Origin: Bdellovibrionota bacterium | Lineage (GTDB): Bacteria > Bdellovibrionota_C > UBA2361 > CALJRW01 | Direction: 5' to 3' | Length of the DNA: 64,000 nt | NCBI GenBank assembly: GCA_041740355.1 | Contig: JBGSMD010000006.1 | Span: 32,001 to 96,000, forward strand | Part shown: positions 41,131-50,555 of the stretch, one piece after another | Layout of the letters: the number at the start of each line of letters is the position of its first letter | How positions within the stretch are numbered: position 1 is the stretch's first letter | Translations under genes and position numbers: made by a program | Notes under the pieces: generated by a model | What the model was told of the DNA's origin: nothing | What the model saw: only the letters and a program-made list of their open reading frames with translations | Database searches by the model: none

Positions 41131-41178
41131 AATGTCGATTTCGTGTTACATTTTGCATCTTTTAAAGCATAATTTTGT

Positions 41179-41601
41179 TTGATACCATATTTTTATGTCG
41201 TTAATATGTCATTACAATCCGAAGGATACTATTTCATGAATACTTTGCCTGTTAACCAAAAGCGGGTAGATACTTTCAAATTGGTTGTACAGTTTGGAGA
41301 GCATAAAGGTAAGGAATTTATTCTTCCCAAAGGAGAAATTATCTTAGGTCGTTGGGATCCTGAATCGGGTTCGTTTCCTGAAATTAACTTGGAATTAGTC
41401 GATGTCGAAGCACGTATTTCCAGAAGACATGCACGAATTCAGGTTGAGCCAGGTAGAGTCTTGCTAGAAGATTTAAATAGCCTAAATGGTACCTATGTTA
41501 ATCGAGGTGATAAATTAGCTCCAGGGATACGTTGTAGTTTACAATTAAATGATGAAATTATTTTAGGAAAAACTATTTTTAAATTGAAATCGGCAGATTA
41601 A
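41179..41601 (+). CDS. Single FHA-domain protein
   Basis: LGRWD...ISRRHARI...EDLNSLNGTYVN with intact pThr-binding residues; true start may be a downstream ATG. Confidence 0.88.
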   Translation: MIPYFYVVNMSLQSEGYYFMNTLPVNQKRVDTFKLVVQFGEHKGKEFILPKGEIILGRWDPESGSFPEINLELVDVEARISRRHARIQVEPGRVLLEDLNSLNGTYVNRGDKLAPGIRCSLQLNDEIILGKTIFKLKSAD

Positions 41602-41809
41602 TTCTAATCCTAAGGCAACAGAAATTTGATAGTTTTTGTGATGTCGCCTGTTTTTCTTCTTTCTCTTTAGCCCATGCTTTCTTATTTCTTTGTGGACAAT
41701 TAACTTAAAGTTACTTATAGTAAGTCTCAAGTTTTGGTGGAAGTTTCGGTGCTTATATTAATCTTCCTAACCAATCGAAACAATTAATCTTTCTAGCATG
41801 TAAGTTCGT

Positions 41810-42622
41810 ATGATCTTAAATTCTCTTTTTGACCGTAGTTCCTTTATTCTTGAAATGCAGAGCTTTGAAGGCCCAATCGATCTGCTCTTACACTTAGTAA
41901 AAAAACGCGAACTAGAATTAAATAAATTTTCCTTAGCCCAAGTTTGTGAACAGTATTTAGGTTATATCAATTTAGCTAAAGAGTTAGATCTCGATTTAGC
42001 AAGTGAATACTTAGTGATTGCTGCCACTCTAGTTTCAATCAAAAGTAACCTTCTTTTAAATAATCCAGTTGAATTTGTAGAAGATGAGGATGGAAATTTT
42101 GTCGATCTGCATGAAGAGTTACTCCGCATGTTAAGAGAGGCGGAAGTTTATAAGCAAGCTGTAAATCTAATCAGCAACAGTAAGAAAATTTTAGGGGATG
42201 ATGTTTTTGCCCCGGTATCAGCACTCGCTGATTTTGATGCTCCGGAAGAAGGTTTCATGGAACACGATTCTTATTTACTTGTGAAGGCTTTTAGAAAGGC
42301 ACTTTCTCGGATTAAAGATCAAAAAACTTATCAGATTGTTCTGGAGTCAGTTTCAATTGTAGAGAGAATGTCCTTGGTTTTAAGTTTCCTAGAAAAAACC
42401 CCACAGGTAGATTTCCAAGAACTGTTAGGTGAGTCATATACAAAGAGCCAATTAGTTGGTACCTTCTTAGCGTTATTAGAGCTGAGCAAGCGTCAAGTTA
42501 TTCGTGTTAGCCAAACTGACGACGTAATAACTCTAACCTTGGCTGGTCGAGCTTTCGATCAGTCTGAATCCTTAGATTCAGAATTTGACCAACAACTTGA
42601 GCCGATCAGTTTGAAAGCTTAA
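41810..42622 (+). CDS. scpA: Segregation and condensation protein A
   Basis: FEGPIDLLLHLV, ASEYLVIAATL, TFLALLEL. Confidence 0.95.
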   Translation: MILNSLFDRSSFILEMQSFEGPIDLLLHLVKKRELELNKFSLAQVCEQYLGYINLAKELDLDLASEYLVIAATLVSIKSNLLLNNPVEFVEDEDGNFVDLHEELLRMLREAEVYKQAVNLISNSKKILGDDVFAPVSALADFDAPEEGFMEHDSYLLVKAFRKALSRIKDQKTYQIVLESVSIVERMSLVLSFLEKTPQVDFQELLGESYTKSQLVGTFLALLELSKRQVIRVSQTDDVITLTLAGRAFDQSESLDSEFDQQLEPISLKA

Positions 42623-42638
42623 TTTATTCGTAACTAAG

Positions 42639-43331
42639 ATGTCTGAAGAAAATAATCCAATCGAGACTCAGGATGTTGTAGAACAACCGGAAAATCAAAA
42701 TCAGTTTAATAGCAAAGAAGAAGTCGTTCCTGTTTTAGAAGCACTATTAATTGCACATGGTGAACCACTTTCCCTGAAGCAATTAGGTGCTGTTTTAGAA
42801 ACAAGTGACGACTTAATTAAAGAAGCACTGGATCTTCTCCAAGCTAGATATCAAGAAGATTTTTCTGGTGTGGAGTTAGCATTAATTGCTGAGCAATATC
42901 AAATTAGAACTAAAAATCTTTACAGCGCATATATTCAAAAACTAAAAGCCAGTAAGCCCAAAAAACTAAGCCCAGCAGCCCTCGAGACATTAGCTATTAT
43001 CGCCTATCGACAGCCTGTTGTTAAGTCGGAAGTTGAGAAGATTCGGGGAGTTGATGTCAGCCCAACACTAAAGACATTATTAGATCGAAAGTTGATTAAA
43101 ATTGCTGGGCAGCAAGCGACTCCCGGGCAGCCTTCACTGTATGCAACTACTGATGAATTTTTAAAAGTGTTTGGCCTAAGCTCACTGGCCGACTTACCAA
43201 ATCTAAGAGAAGTGGAAGAAATTGAAAACTCGGTGGGAGAGTTACTGGCAAATAGCTTAGAAGCTGTGGAGGATTTTGAAGAATCTTTATTGGAAGAGCC
43301 AACTCAGGAACAGACTGAATGTCAGGAGTAA
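42639..43331 (+). CDS. scpB: Segregation and condensation protein B
   Basis: LSPAALETLAIIAYRQPV...IRGV...YATTDEFL..FGL. Confidence 0.96.
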   Translation: MSEENNPIETQDVVEQPENQNQFNSKEEVVPVLEALLIAHGEPLSLKQLGAVLETSDDLIKEALDLLQARYQEDFSGVELALIAEQYQIRTKNLYSAYIQKLKASKPKKLSPAALETLAIIAYRQPVVKSEVEKIRGVDVSPTLKTLLDRKLIKIAGQQATPGQPSLYATTDEFLKVFGLSSLADLPNLREVEEIENSVGELLANSLEAVEDFEESLLEEPTQEQTECQE

Positions 43332-44092
43332 AATCTAAATTAGGGACAGGCAATACTGAAGCAATTGTCCGAATCCAAAAATATATTGCGGAATGTACTA
43401 ATATCTCTAGGCGACAAGCAGAAAGGCTAATTACTGAAGGTGAAGTGACCTTAAATGGTAAGATTGTCACCGAGCTTGGCACGAAGATGAATCCTGCAAG
43501 TGATAGTGTTAAAGTTAAAAATCAATTGTTACGTGCTCCAGAAAAGGGCCTGTTAATTCTACATAAGCCCTTACGTTTCATTACTAGCAGAGAAGATCCA
43601 GAAGGTCGTCCGACCGTATACGAATTGCTGACTCCAAAATATCGAGAATATATTACTGTCGGACGCCTTGACTATAACACTACGGGACTTTTAATTTTAA
43701 CTAACGATGGCGATTTAGCGAATCGTTTAATGCATCCGCGCTATGAATTTGTTCGGACTTATCAAGCCTTAGTAAAAGGATCGATGCCAGACGAAATCTT
43801 AAATAAAATCGAACGGGGAGTTCGCCTAGCAGATGGAAATATTATTGGAGAAGGAAGAATTGTCGCTCAAAAAGGCCCTAATACATTAATAAATTTAGAG
43901 CTTTCGGAAGGACGCAATCGGATCGTTCGGCGCTTAATGGCACATCTTGGCTACCCAGTGGTCGAGCTTAAGCGACTTTCTTACGGACCATTTCAGCTCG
44001 GAAGTTTAGCCGTGGGTAAATTTGAGAAGTTGAACCAGGGAGATTATGCCAGACTTCGGCGCCAGATTTTTGCAGAGAATCCAAGATCTTAA
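43319..44092 (+). CDS. rluB: 23S rRNA pseudouridine synthase (RluB/RsuA family)
   Basis: S4 domain, VGRLDYNTTGLL, EGRNR; follows scpB. Confidence 0.88.
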   Translation: MSGVKSKLGTGNTEAIVRIQKYIAECTNISRRQAERLITEGEVTLNGKIVTELGTKMNPASDSVKVKNQLLRAPEKGLLILHKPLRFITSREDPEGRPTVYELLTPKYREYITVGRLDYNTTGLLILTNDGDLANRLMHPRYEFVRTYQALVKGSMPDEILNKIERGVRLADGNIIGEGRIVAQKGPNTLINLELSEGRNRIVRRLMAHLGYPVVELKRLSYGPFQLGSLAVGKFEKLNQGDYARLRRQIFAENPRS

Positions 44093-44161
44093 GTCAATAA
44101 AGATTAATTTTATACTAGTCTAAAAAGTTTTTTTACTTTAATATACTTAAAGTTAGCATAT

Positions 44162-44267
44162 CCGTTCACAAGGCAATAGGATTTTGTATTGCAAAGATTT
44201 GGAAGGAGATAACGCTGATTTATTCCTTGGTCAAAATCTGAACGATTTTGACCAGTAGTGTGAACGG
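44162..44267. repeat. Multi-branched inverted-repeat element
   Basis: Outer IR ccgttcaca/tgtgaacgg enclosing gcaata/tattgc and tggtcaaaatc/gattttgacca hairpins. Confidence 0.55.
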
Positions 44268-44432
44268 CTAATGTCTCCACCCCCAATTTACTTTGTAAAT
44301 TAACCCCTTTTGTAGGGGTATTGTGGATAGATGTCTACCAAAACTAAAGTTAGCACTTTAGCTTCCTTTAGTAATCTTTAAGAATGCCCTAATTTTTATG
44401 GCGTTCCCTGTTCAAATTAACAATTTGTTGTT

Positions 44433-45794
44433 ATGAGTAATAATCTAAAGTTTGATTTTGATAAGCCGTTGGGTAACTTAAATAATTCCAGAGAGTCTGA
44501 AAATCTTGTAATCCAATGTCAGTATTGTGAAACTCGTTATTCCATTCCAAGTGAGAGTGTTGTTAATTCAGCAGCATCTAAATTTCATTGTTTTTCTTGT
44601 GATAATATTTTTGAAGTAGAAGTGGGGAGTAAAGTTCCACAGGCAGAAGCAGTAATCGAGCAAACGGGTTTTAATTTTAATTCAGAGTTAAAGTCTTCGA
44701 CGACCTCAAGCTTGCCATCTTTCCAAACAAAAGTGACAACTACTAACTTGTCATCTCCAAATCCAGCATCAGCTGTTTTACCTGCACCAGCATCAACAAA
44801 ACCTTCTTTTGGATTTAATTCTAGTCTCAAGGTGACCTCTGAGCCGCTTGTTGCTGTTCGAACTAAGAAAGAAGAATCCAGTGTCGCTGAGAAAATGAAT
44901 TTTGCGATTAGTAATAAAGCCCCCGATCTTTCAGCTCGTAATATAGATTCTAATCAACCACGCAAATCTTTTGTGTTTACTGAGTTTCAAAAATCCATTT
45001 CGAGTAAACCTGAGCTCCAACTACCAGAAGCAAAATCAAATTCTTCATGGATGGTTGGTTCTGAGTCAGCAGGGATAAAGTTACCAAATGTTTCGGTAAA
45101 GGGTTTGTTTGCTAAATTCTCTTTACCAAAAATTGATCCTAAAAAATTTACTAATAGCTTGCCCGATCTCTCCTTTCCAAAAATGTCCTTACCTAGTTTT
45201 TCTGCGCCACGATTTACATCAAAAAGATTCTCTTCCGAAAGTTTTGCAAAGCTTAATCCGGGACGTGCCAATTTTGGAGCATCAACAAGATTGATGGTTT
45301 TAGTTGCTCCGATTTTGTTAGTGTTAATATTGTTATATTTATTGACTAGTATTATTTTAACCTCTCCTCAAAGTTTTTCTGGTTACTTTGGATTCGCTAC
45401 GCAATCTTCCCGAAGTTATCCACTTCCCGGTGTTGGAGTAAAAAGCCTAGAATTAAAACTTGTTAAGTTAGACAATGGGGAAAATTTGCAGCTACTTACA
45501 GGGGAGTTTTATAATAACAGTACTAAGTCGATTAATAATCCAGTAATTGAAGGTGTATTGTTTGATACTAAAGGACAAGTTCTCTCTCGTTCTTTACACA
45601 CCCTTGATAAAGATATTTCTAAGGTTCAATATGCTTCGTTAGACCGTAAAACCCTAACTGAATTGCCTATCTCTAAAGAAAAGGATAAGTTTGTTCTGTT
45701 ACCTAATCAGAAACAAAGCTTTTCTTTTGCTTTGTCCACTGATTCTGAAATCCAGCCGACATATTATGCTGGAAGAGTTTATTCAATAAGTTAA
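44433..45794 (+). CDS. Zinc-ribbon (MJ0042-like) membrane protein with DUF3426-like C-terminal domain
   Basis: CQYC...CFSC N-terminus, Ser-rich linker, one TM, C-terminal beta domain. Confidence 0.75.
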   Translation: MSNNLKFDFDKPLGNLNNSRESENLVIQCQYCETRYSIPSESVVNSAASKFHCFSCDNIFEVEVGSKVPQAEAVIEQTGFNFNSELKSSTTSSLPSFQTKVTTTNLSSPNPASAVLPAPASTKPSFGFNSSLKVTSEPLVAVRTKKEESSVAEKMNFAISNKAPDLSARNIDSNQPRKSFVFTEFQKSISSKPELQLPEAKSNSSWMVGSESAGIKLPNVSVKGLFAKFSLPKIDPKKFTNSLPDLSFPKMSLPSFSAPRFTSKRFSSESFAKLNPGRANFGASTRLMVLVAPILLVLILLYLLTSIILTSPQSFSGYFGFATQSSRSYPLPGVGVKSLELKLVKLDNGENLQLLTGEFYNNSTKSINNPVIEGVLFDTKGQVLSRSLHTLDKDISKVQYASLDRKTLTELPISKEKDKFVLLPNQKQSFSFALSTDSEIQPTYYAGRVYSIS

Positions 45795-45798
45795 AGAA

Positions 45799-45999
45799 AT
45801 GTTTGGATTAAGTGTTACTGAATTAGCAATGATCGTAGGCGTTGTTGTTCTATTATTTGGTTCTAGAAAATTACCGGAATTAGGATCAGGCTTAGGAAAA
45901 GCAATCAGCAATTTTCGTCATTCTTACAAAGCTTCTGAGGCAATAGATATTACCCCCAAAGAAGAAGAAAAAACAGACGACAAAGATAAACAGAAGTAA
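45799..45999 (+). CDS. tatA: Twin-arginine translocase TatA/E
   Basis: VVLLFGSRKLPELGSGLGKAISNF. Confidence 0.93.
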   Translation: MFGLSVTELAMIVGVVVLLFGSRKLPELGSGLGKAISNFRHSYKASEAIDITPKEEEKTDDKDKQK

Positions 46000-46730
46000 T
46001 GCCTTACTTAGTAGGTAAAAATTCTATTATTGAGTTACTAAAAGCTCAGCCTTCACGTATTAAAAAAATCCATTGTTCTTTAGATTTAGGCAAATCATAT
46101 AACTCCCTGCTTGCTGAGTTAATTAATCAGAATTCAATCAAAGTTCTGAGTCAAGATAAGTTTGCTCTAGATCGCTTAGCCCCCAATAGTCAACACCAAG
46201 GAGTAGTTGCTGAAATAACGGAGCGAAAAATTTATAGCTTATCGGAGTATTTAAATACGGCACGAAACCAACATGAACTAATTTTAATTTTAGATCAGAT
46301 TAGCGATCCACATAACTTTGGTGCAATCTTGCGCGCCGCGGAGTGTTTTGGTGTATCAGCAGTACTTTGGAGTAATGTCCGTAATTCAGGTATCACCGAT
46401 GTTGTGACTAAAGTTTCGGTCGGTGCTTCGGAATTAGTTAATTTAATTCAAGTTACTAATATTTCTCAAGCACTTAAAGAATTGAAGAAAAATAATTTTT
46501 GGATCGCGGCAACTGCCATTGATGAAGGGGCTGAACCGATTCAGAAATTCAAATTTCCTGAAAAGACCGCATTAATCTTAGGATCTGAGGGTGAGGGTAT
46601 TAAGCATATCTTATTAGAAAATTCAGACTTTAAAGTTTACTTACCAATGTACGGTCAGATTGATTCATTAAATGTCTCTCAAGCTGCCGCAGTATTTCTA
46701 ACCTATTGGCGTGATGCCATCGCCTCTTAA
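45999..46730 (+). CDS. rlmB: 23S rRNA Gm2251 methyltransferase (TrmH/SpoU family)
   Basis: HQGVVA, DPHNFGAILR, LGSEGEGI, DSLNVSQA. Confidence 0.92.
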   Translation: MPYLVGKNSIIELLKAQPSRIKKIHCSLDLGKSYNSLLAELINQNSIKVLSQDKFALDRLAPNSQHQGVVAEITERKIYSLSEYLNTARNQHELILILDQISDPHNFGAILRAAECFGVSAVLWSNVRNSGITDVVTKVSVGASELVNLIQVTNISQALKELKKNNFWIAATAIDEGAEPIQKFKFPEKTALILGSEGEGIKHILLENSDFKVYLPMYGQIDSLNVSQAAAVFLTYWRDAIAS

Positions 46731-46750
46731 TTACTGAAAGGCTAAAAGAA

Positions 46751-47134
46751 TTAATTTAGTTCAACGGCAACTAATAATTTTCTAACTTCGCTCAGTAATA
46801 TATCCGGTTTGCATGGTTTAACTAGGACGCTGTTACAACCAGCACTGATTGCTTCTTGATGAATCTCTTCTTCGTCCATTGCGGAAAATGCAATAATTGG
46901 ACATTTAACTCCCAGGGTTCTCAGTCGTTTTACTGTTTCAGTTCCTGATAATTTTGGCATCATCAGATCCATCACAATTAAATCGGGATGATCCTTGTTC
47001 TTTTCCAGCTCACTTATAGCTAGGAGTCCATTAATCGCCTGATCTACCTGAAAACCATCATTTTCAAATAGTATTTGAATTAGATCTAATTGAGATACGT
47101 TATCATCCACTAGTAAAATCCGTTTTCTTTTCAT
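46751..47134 (-). CDS. Single-domain response regulator (receiver)
   Basis: LLVDD, MDLMMP, KP motifs. Confidence 0.92.
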   Translation of the reverse strand: MKRKRILLVDDNVSQLDLIQILFENDGFQVDQAINGLLAISELEKNKDHPDLIVMDLMMPKLSGTETVKRLRTLGVKCPIIAFSAMDEEEIHQEAISAGCNSVLVKPCKPDILLSEVRKLLVAVELN

Positions 47135-47481
47135 AATTGCCTTATCTAAAAGATGCCATTCTAAGATGCCTACTTAACTGAAACCTGTTCAAGCCTAGTG
47201 TCCTCACCAGATTAATATGCTAGATTTATCATATTTTAGATAGAGATCTGAATGATTTGGAAACACGATTTGTTTTTTGTTCAGTAGTCCGAAAGTTACA
47301 CATAAGCTAAAAATAACGTTGAATTCTTATTTTTAGCATTTTACAATCTTTTTTGTAACATTTAATAAGTTATCTTAATCATAGTAAGAGCAGCAGGGTG
47401 ATTTGAAATGAAAACCTGAAGGTTGCTGATTATTTTTTCAGATGAAAGCTGAAAAATTCGCTAACGCAAAGTTGAACAAAT

Positions 47482-48936
47482 ATGTTTGCTATAGATATTT
47501 TACCTTTAGTTGATTCCGAGCATCATTTGCCTGAAAGGTTTTTTCGTGGGCAACCATCTGTGATCATTGGCAGTGATCTTGAATGTCAGTTGCAACATCC
47601 CTTATTGAGAAATTTAAATTTTAACGTTTTAATTCAGAAGTTAGCTGGAAGTCAGTTTGAATGTCGCCAAATTTTTCATGAAAATTCTGATCGGGTTGGT
47701 TTTCAAGATATTTACGAATCTACTGCTAAGCTTAATCTTGGAACTGTCAAGATTCTGATAACAAGTATTGATGCTGATTTACTAGTCAAGGAGAACGAGG
47801 CTCCGGATCAAGCAGGCTATCGCTTGTTAAAACAGGCCGTCACTTCACAACTTACGACATTTCCCGCCTTAGAAATTAATAAACCATATAAAGCTGTAGT
47901 TTCTTTCAATCCCGATCAAGTACTAACTGTTGGTCGAGCGGATTATCATCATTTAGTGATTGAACAGTTCGATGTTTCTTCCGATCATGCCAGATTTGGC
48001 TTTGCAAATAATAAATATTGGGTTGAGGATTTAGGTTCTACCAATGGAACCTTTCTTAATAATCAACAAGTCTCTGGGAAGATATTTTTCGAACCGGGAG
48101 ACTCTGTTTTACTTGGAGCTAGCACAAAGATCACGGGATTGAAAAAAGTTGTTCAAAAAATAGTGGAGTCAGTGATTCCAGAACAAGTTTCAGTTAATAT
48201 CCCTCAAGAATCAGATCAATTACAGACCAACTCGTTACAAACATCTTATCCTGAGACTGAAGTGGAAGATCATCTTCCGACGGAAGAGCTTTCACTATCA
48301 CGGGTAGAAGAACTATTGGTCGATGTCCGTTATCCAGTATTGCTGGCTGTCAATAAGATTGCTCGTCCAGGGCGTTTAATTTTAAAGAAAGATCAAACTG
48401 TTTTAATTGGTCGTGATGCAAAATCAGATTTATGGCTAGGGGCACCCTATGTTTCTCGTGAGCATAATCAAATAACTTATTTAGGGGATGGTGAAATTCG
48501 AATTCAAGATCATAGTTCTAATGGTACTGCATATTCCGAAGGTATGATTCCGGCTGGCGGCGAATTACTTGTTAGTAATAAGTCTGAGATTTTACATTAT
48601 GGTTCTGGTTTAGCAGTTGCACTATGTTTTAACCAAGAAGACGAAGAAATATTTGTAGCTTCTGGTGGTCGTGCCGATGCTTTTATAGAAAATTTGCCAA
48701 CACCAATCAAGGAGCAAGTTTCTCCGCTGATGGCACCAAAGACTGCTACTTCCTCGAAAGAGAAGACATACCGTCCGTTACGTTCAAATGACGTTGTAAA
48801 AAATGGAGTAGTAGGAAAAATTCTTTATCGCTTCCTCAGTTTTGACATAAAAAGAAAGGTTTTCATTTGTTGTTTAAGCCTGCTAGTCATTGCGATATTT
48901 GTCTTATTAATATCAATAATCTTAACGTTTTTGTAA
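47482..48936 (+). CDS. Multi-FHA-domain protein with C-terminal membrane anchor
   Basis: One degenerate and two intact FHA domains (GR...SSDH...STNGT; GR...SREH...SSNGT); the protein ends in a hydrophobic helix. Confidence 0.85.
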   Translation: MFAIDILPLVDSEHHLPERFFRGQPSVIIGSDLECQLQHPLLRNLNFNVLIQKLAGSQFECRQIFHENSDRVGFQDIYESTAKLNLGTVKILITSIDADLLVKENEAPDQAGYRLLKQAVTSQLTTFPALEINKPYKAVVSFNPDQVLTVGRADYHHLVIEQFDVSSDHARFGFANNKYWVEDLGSTNGTFLNNQQVSGKIFFEPGDSVLLGASTKITGLKKVVQKIVESVIPEQVSVNIPQESDQLQTNSLQTSYPETEVEDHLPTEELSLSRVEELLVDVRYPVLLAVNKIARPGRLILKKDQTVLIGRDAKSDLWLGAPYVSREHNQITYLGDGEIRIQDHSSNGTAYSEGMIPAGGELLVSNKSEILHYGSGLAVALCFNQEDEEIFVASGGRADAFIENLPTPIKEQVSPLMAPKTATSSKEKTYRPLRSNDVVKNGVVGKILYRFLSFDIKRKVFICCLSLLVIAIFVLLISIILTFL

Positions 48937-48994
48937 TTTTTGTAATTTTTGTGATTTTTGGTGTTAATCGCACCTTTTGATGCAAAAATTCCAC

Positions 48995-49021
48995 TAAAGT
49001 TTCTAAATAGAGAGTCGATAT
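48995..49021 (+). promoter_or_regulatory. Putative sigma28 (FliA)-type promoter
   Basis: TAAAGTTT-N11-GTCGATAT versus consensus TAAAGTTT-N11-GCCGATAA. Confidence 0.65.
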
Positions 49022-49195
49022 TCTAAATAGCCAAACGATGTTAAGAGGCGTTTCATAATCTTTCCTAGTAAGGGTTAGTTATGATTAGCAATTGAAAAGA
49101 TAGATTTTTTGTCACCAATGAAAGTTTTTATTTTGCAGATTACTGCTGCAAAATTTACTTAGTGGCATTGTTAGCTTAATTTTATAATATTAAAT

Positions 49196-50263
49196 ATGTC
49201 AGCAGATAGTACAGAATTAACTTTTATTAGATGTTCATCATGTCGTAGCTTAGTGCCCGCAATGTCTACACGTTGTCGTATGTGTGGCGCAGATTTGCAA
49301 GCTAAGAAACCAACAGCTACTCCCGAGGCAACAGCCCCCAAGGAGAAAATTGAAGCAAAAGCACCAGCGATAGTTGCCAGCACGGAATTAGATCCCTTGA
49401 ATGAATTTTTAAGTGAAGAAGATCAATTCGATGATGTTGATATTGTTGATGATCAATTAGAAGCTTCAGATAAAGAATCTGATGAAGAATTCTCCGCTGG
49501 CAATCCTTCTGAATTTAGGGATGACTTTGAGGATGATTTTGATGAGGAACAAGCTATCAAAGAATTAGATAGTTTATTAGAAGAATTAAATGCGACTTCA
49601 GTTGCCACGGCAGTACCTATTCCAGTGGTTGCAACTCCTGTAGTACCAGTTGTAACTAAAGCAACAAAGTCTGAGCTGATTGATGTTTTAGAGCCAAAAG
49701 TTGTTCCGAAAAAAACCGAGACGAAAATCGAACCTGTCAAAGTTATGACTCCGGTTGCAGCTTCAGTAATTCCGCAAAATTTTAGTTCACCTGAACCAAA
49801 AATTCCAACAAAAGCTGAGATTAAAGAAGATATTATAAAAGAGGAGAATATTATGGAAAAAGAATTAAGAGCAGTGGAGAGTAAGGTAACTTCCATTAAG
49901 TCTGCTGGTATTAAACAACAACCTGATAAGCAAACAGCTTTATTCGGCTGGTTTGTTAGTTATCAAGAAGCGGTGGGCGTTTCTCGTGAAATTCGCGAAG
50001 GTAAATTTTTTGTTACCGCAAAAAGTTTAAAACCAAATGACCTAATTATCGAAGATGATAGTGTGTCTACGCCCCATGCGATGATTACAGTAAGTCATGA
50101 ACTTGGCTTTCAAATTCAAGATTTAATGAGTGAACATGGGTTGTATATAAAAAAACATGGATCTAAGAAGTATGAAGTGATTGATGATATTGAAGTTGTG
50201 GAGAATGGGGACTGGATTAGGTTCGGTAATATAGAATTCATGGTAGTAATAATGCCCGTCTAA
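49196..50263 (+). CDS. Zinc-ribbon / acidic linker / degenerate FHA protein
   Basis: CSSC...CRMC N-terminus, Asp/Glu-rich then Pro/Val/Lys-rich linker, C-terminal FHA-like domain (VSTPHA...DLMSEHG). Confidence 0.75.
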   Translation: MSADSTELTFIRCSSCRSLVPAMSTRCRMCGADLQAKKPTATPEATAPKEKIEAKAPAIVASTELDPLNEFLSEEDQFDDVDIVDDQLEASDKESDEEFSAGNPSEFRDDFEDDFDEEQAIKELDSLLEELNATSVATAVPIPVVATPVVPVVTKATKSELIDVLEPKVVPKKTETKIEPVKVMTPVAASVIPQNFSSPEPKIPTKAEIKEDIIKEENIMEKELRAVESKVTSIKSAGIKQQPDKQTALFGWFVSYQEAVGVSREIREGKFFVTAKSLKPNDLIIEDDSVSTPHAMITVSHELGFQIQDLMSEHGLYIKKHGSKKYEVIDDIEVVENGDWIRFGNIEFMVVIMPV

Positions 50264-50345
50264 AAAGTACAACCCAGCTTTTGGCGAATCTCGAATTTAA
50301 AACTAAGCTAAATTACTTCCCGCGGCGCCCTCTGGGCTTTGGGGG

Positions 50346-50378
50346 ACAAGCAGCTGTACTCCAAGTACAGCTGCTTGT
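50346..50378. terminator. Perfect 14-bp hairpin between the FHA gene and sctJ
   Basis: acaagcagctgtac-tccaa-gtacagctgcttgt followed by a short T-run. Confidence 0.5.
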
Positions 50379-50555
50379 TTACCTTAGTTTAAAATCCGAC
50401 CTTCACTCAAAATCTGAATGGTACGGAATGCACACCAAACTTCTTTATGATTATATGGAGATAATCTGATTTTAATAGCTATCAGTTAATAACCAAAAGT
50501 AGAGAGTTTCAAAATCAGTGTGCTTATGTAAGAATAGCGGTAAGCTTAAAATCAA

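Noticed and set aside
48928-48963. 9-bp tandem repeat tttttgtRa around the FHA gene stop
   Set aside because: Short, degenerate and AT-rich; plausible by slippage with no evident function.
50419-50433. Sigma54 promoter upstream of sctJ (tggtacggaatgca)
   Set aside because: GG and GC are 8 nt apart rather than the required 10.
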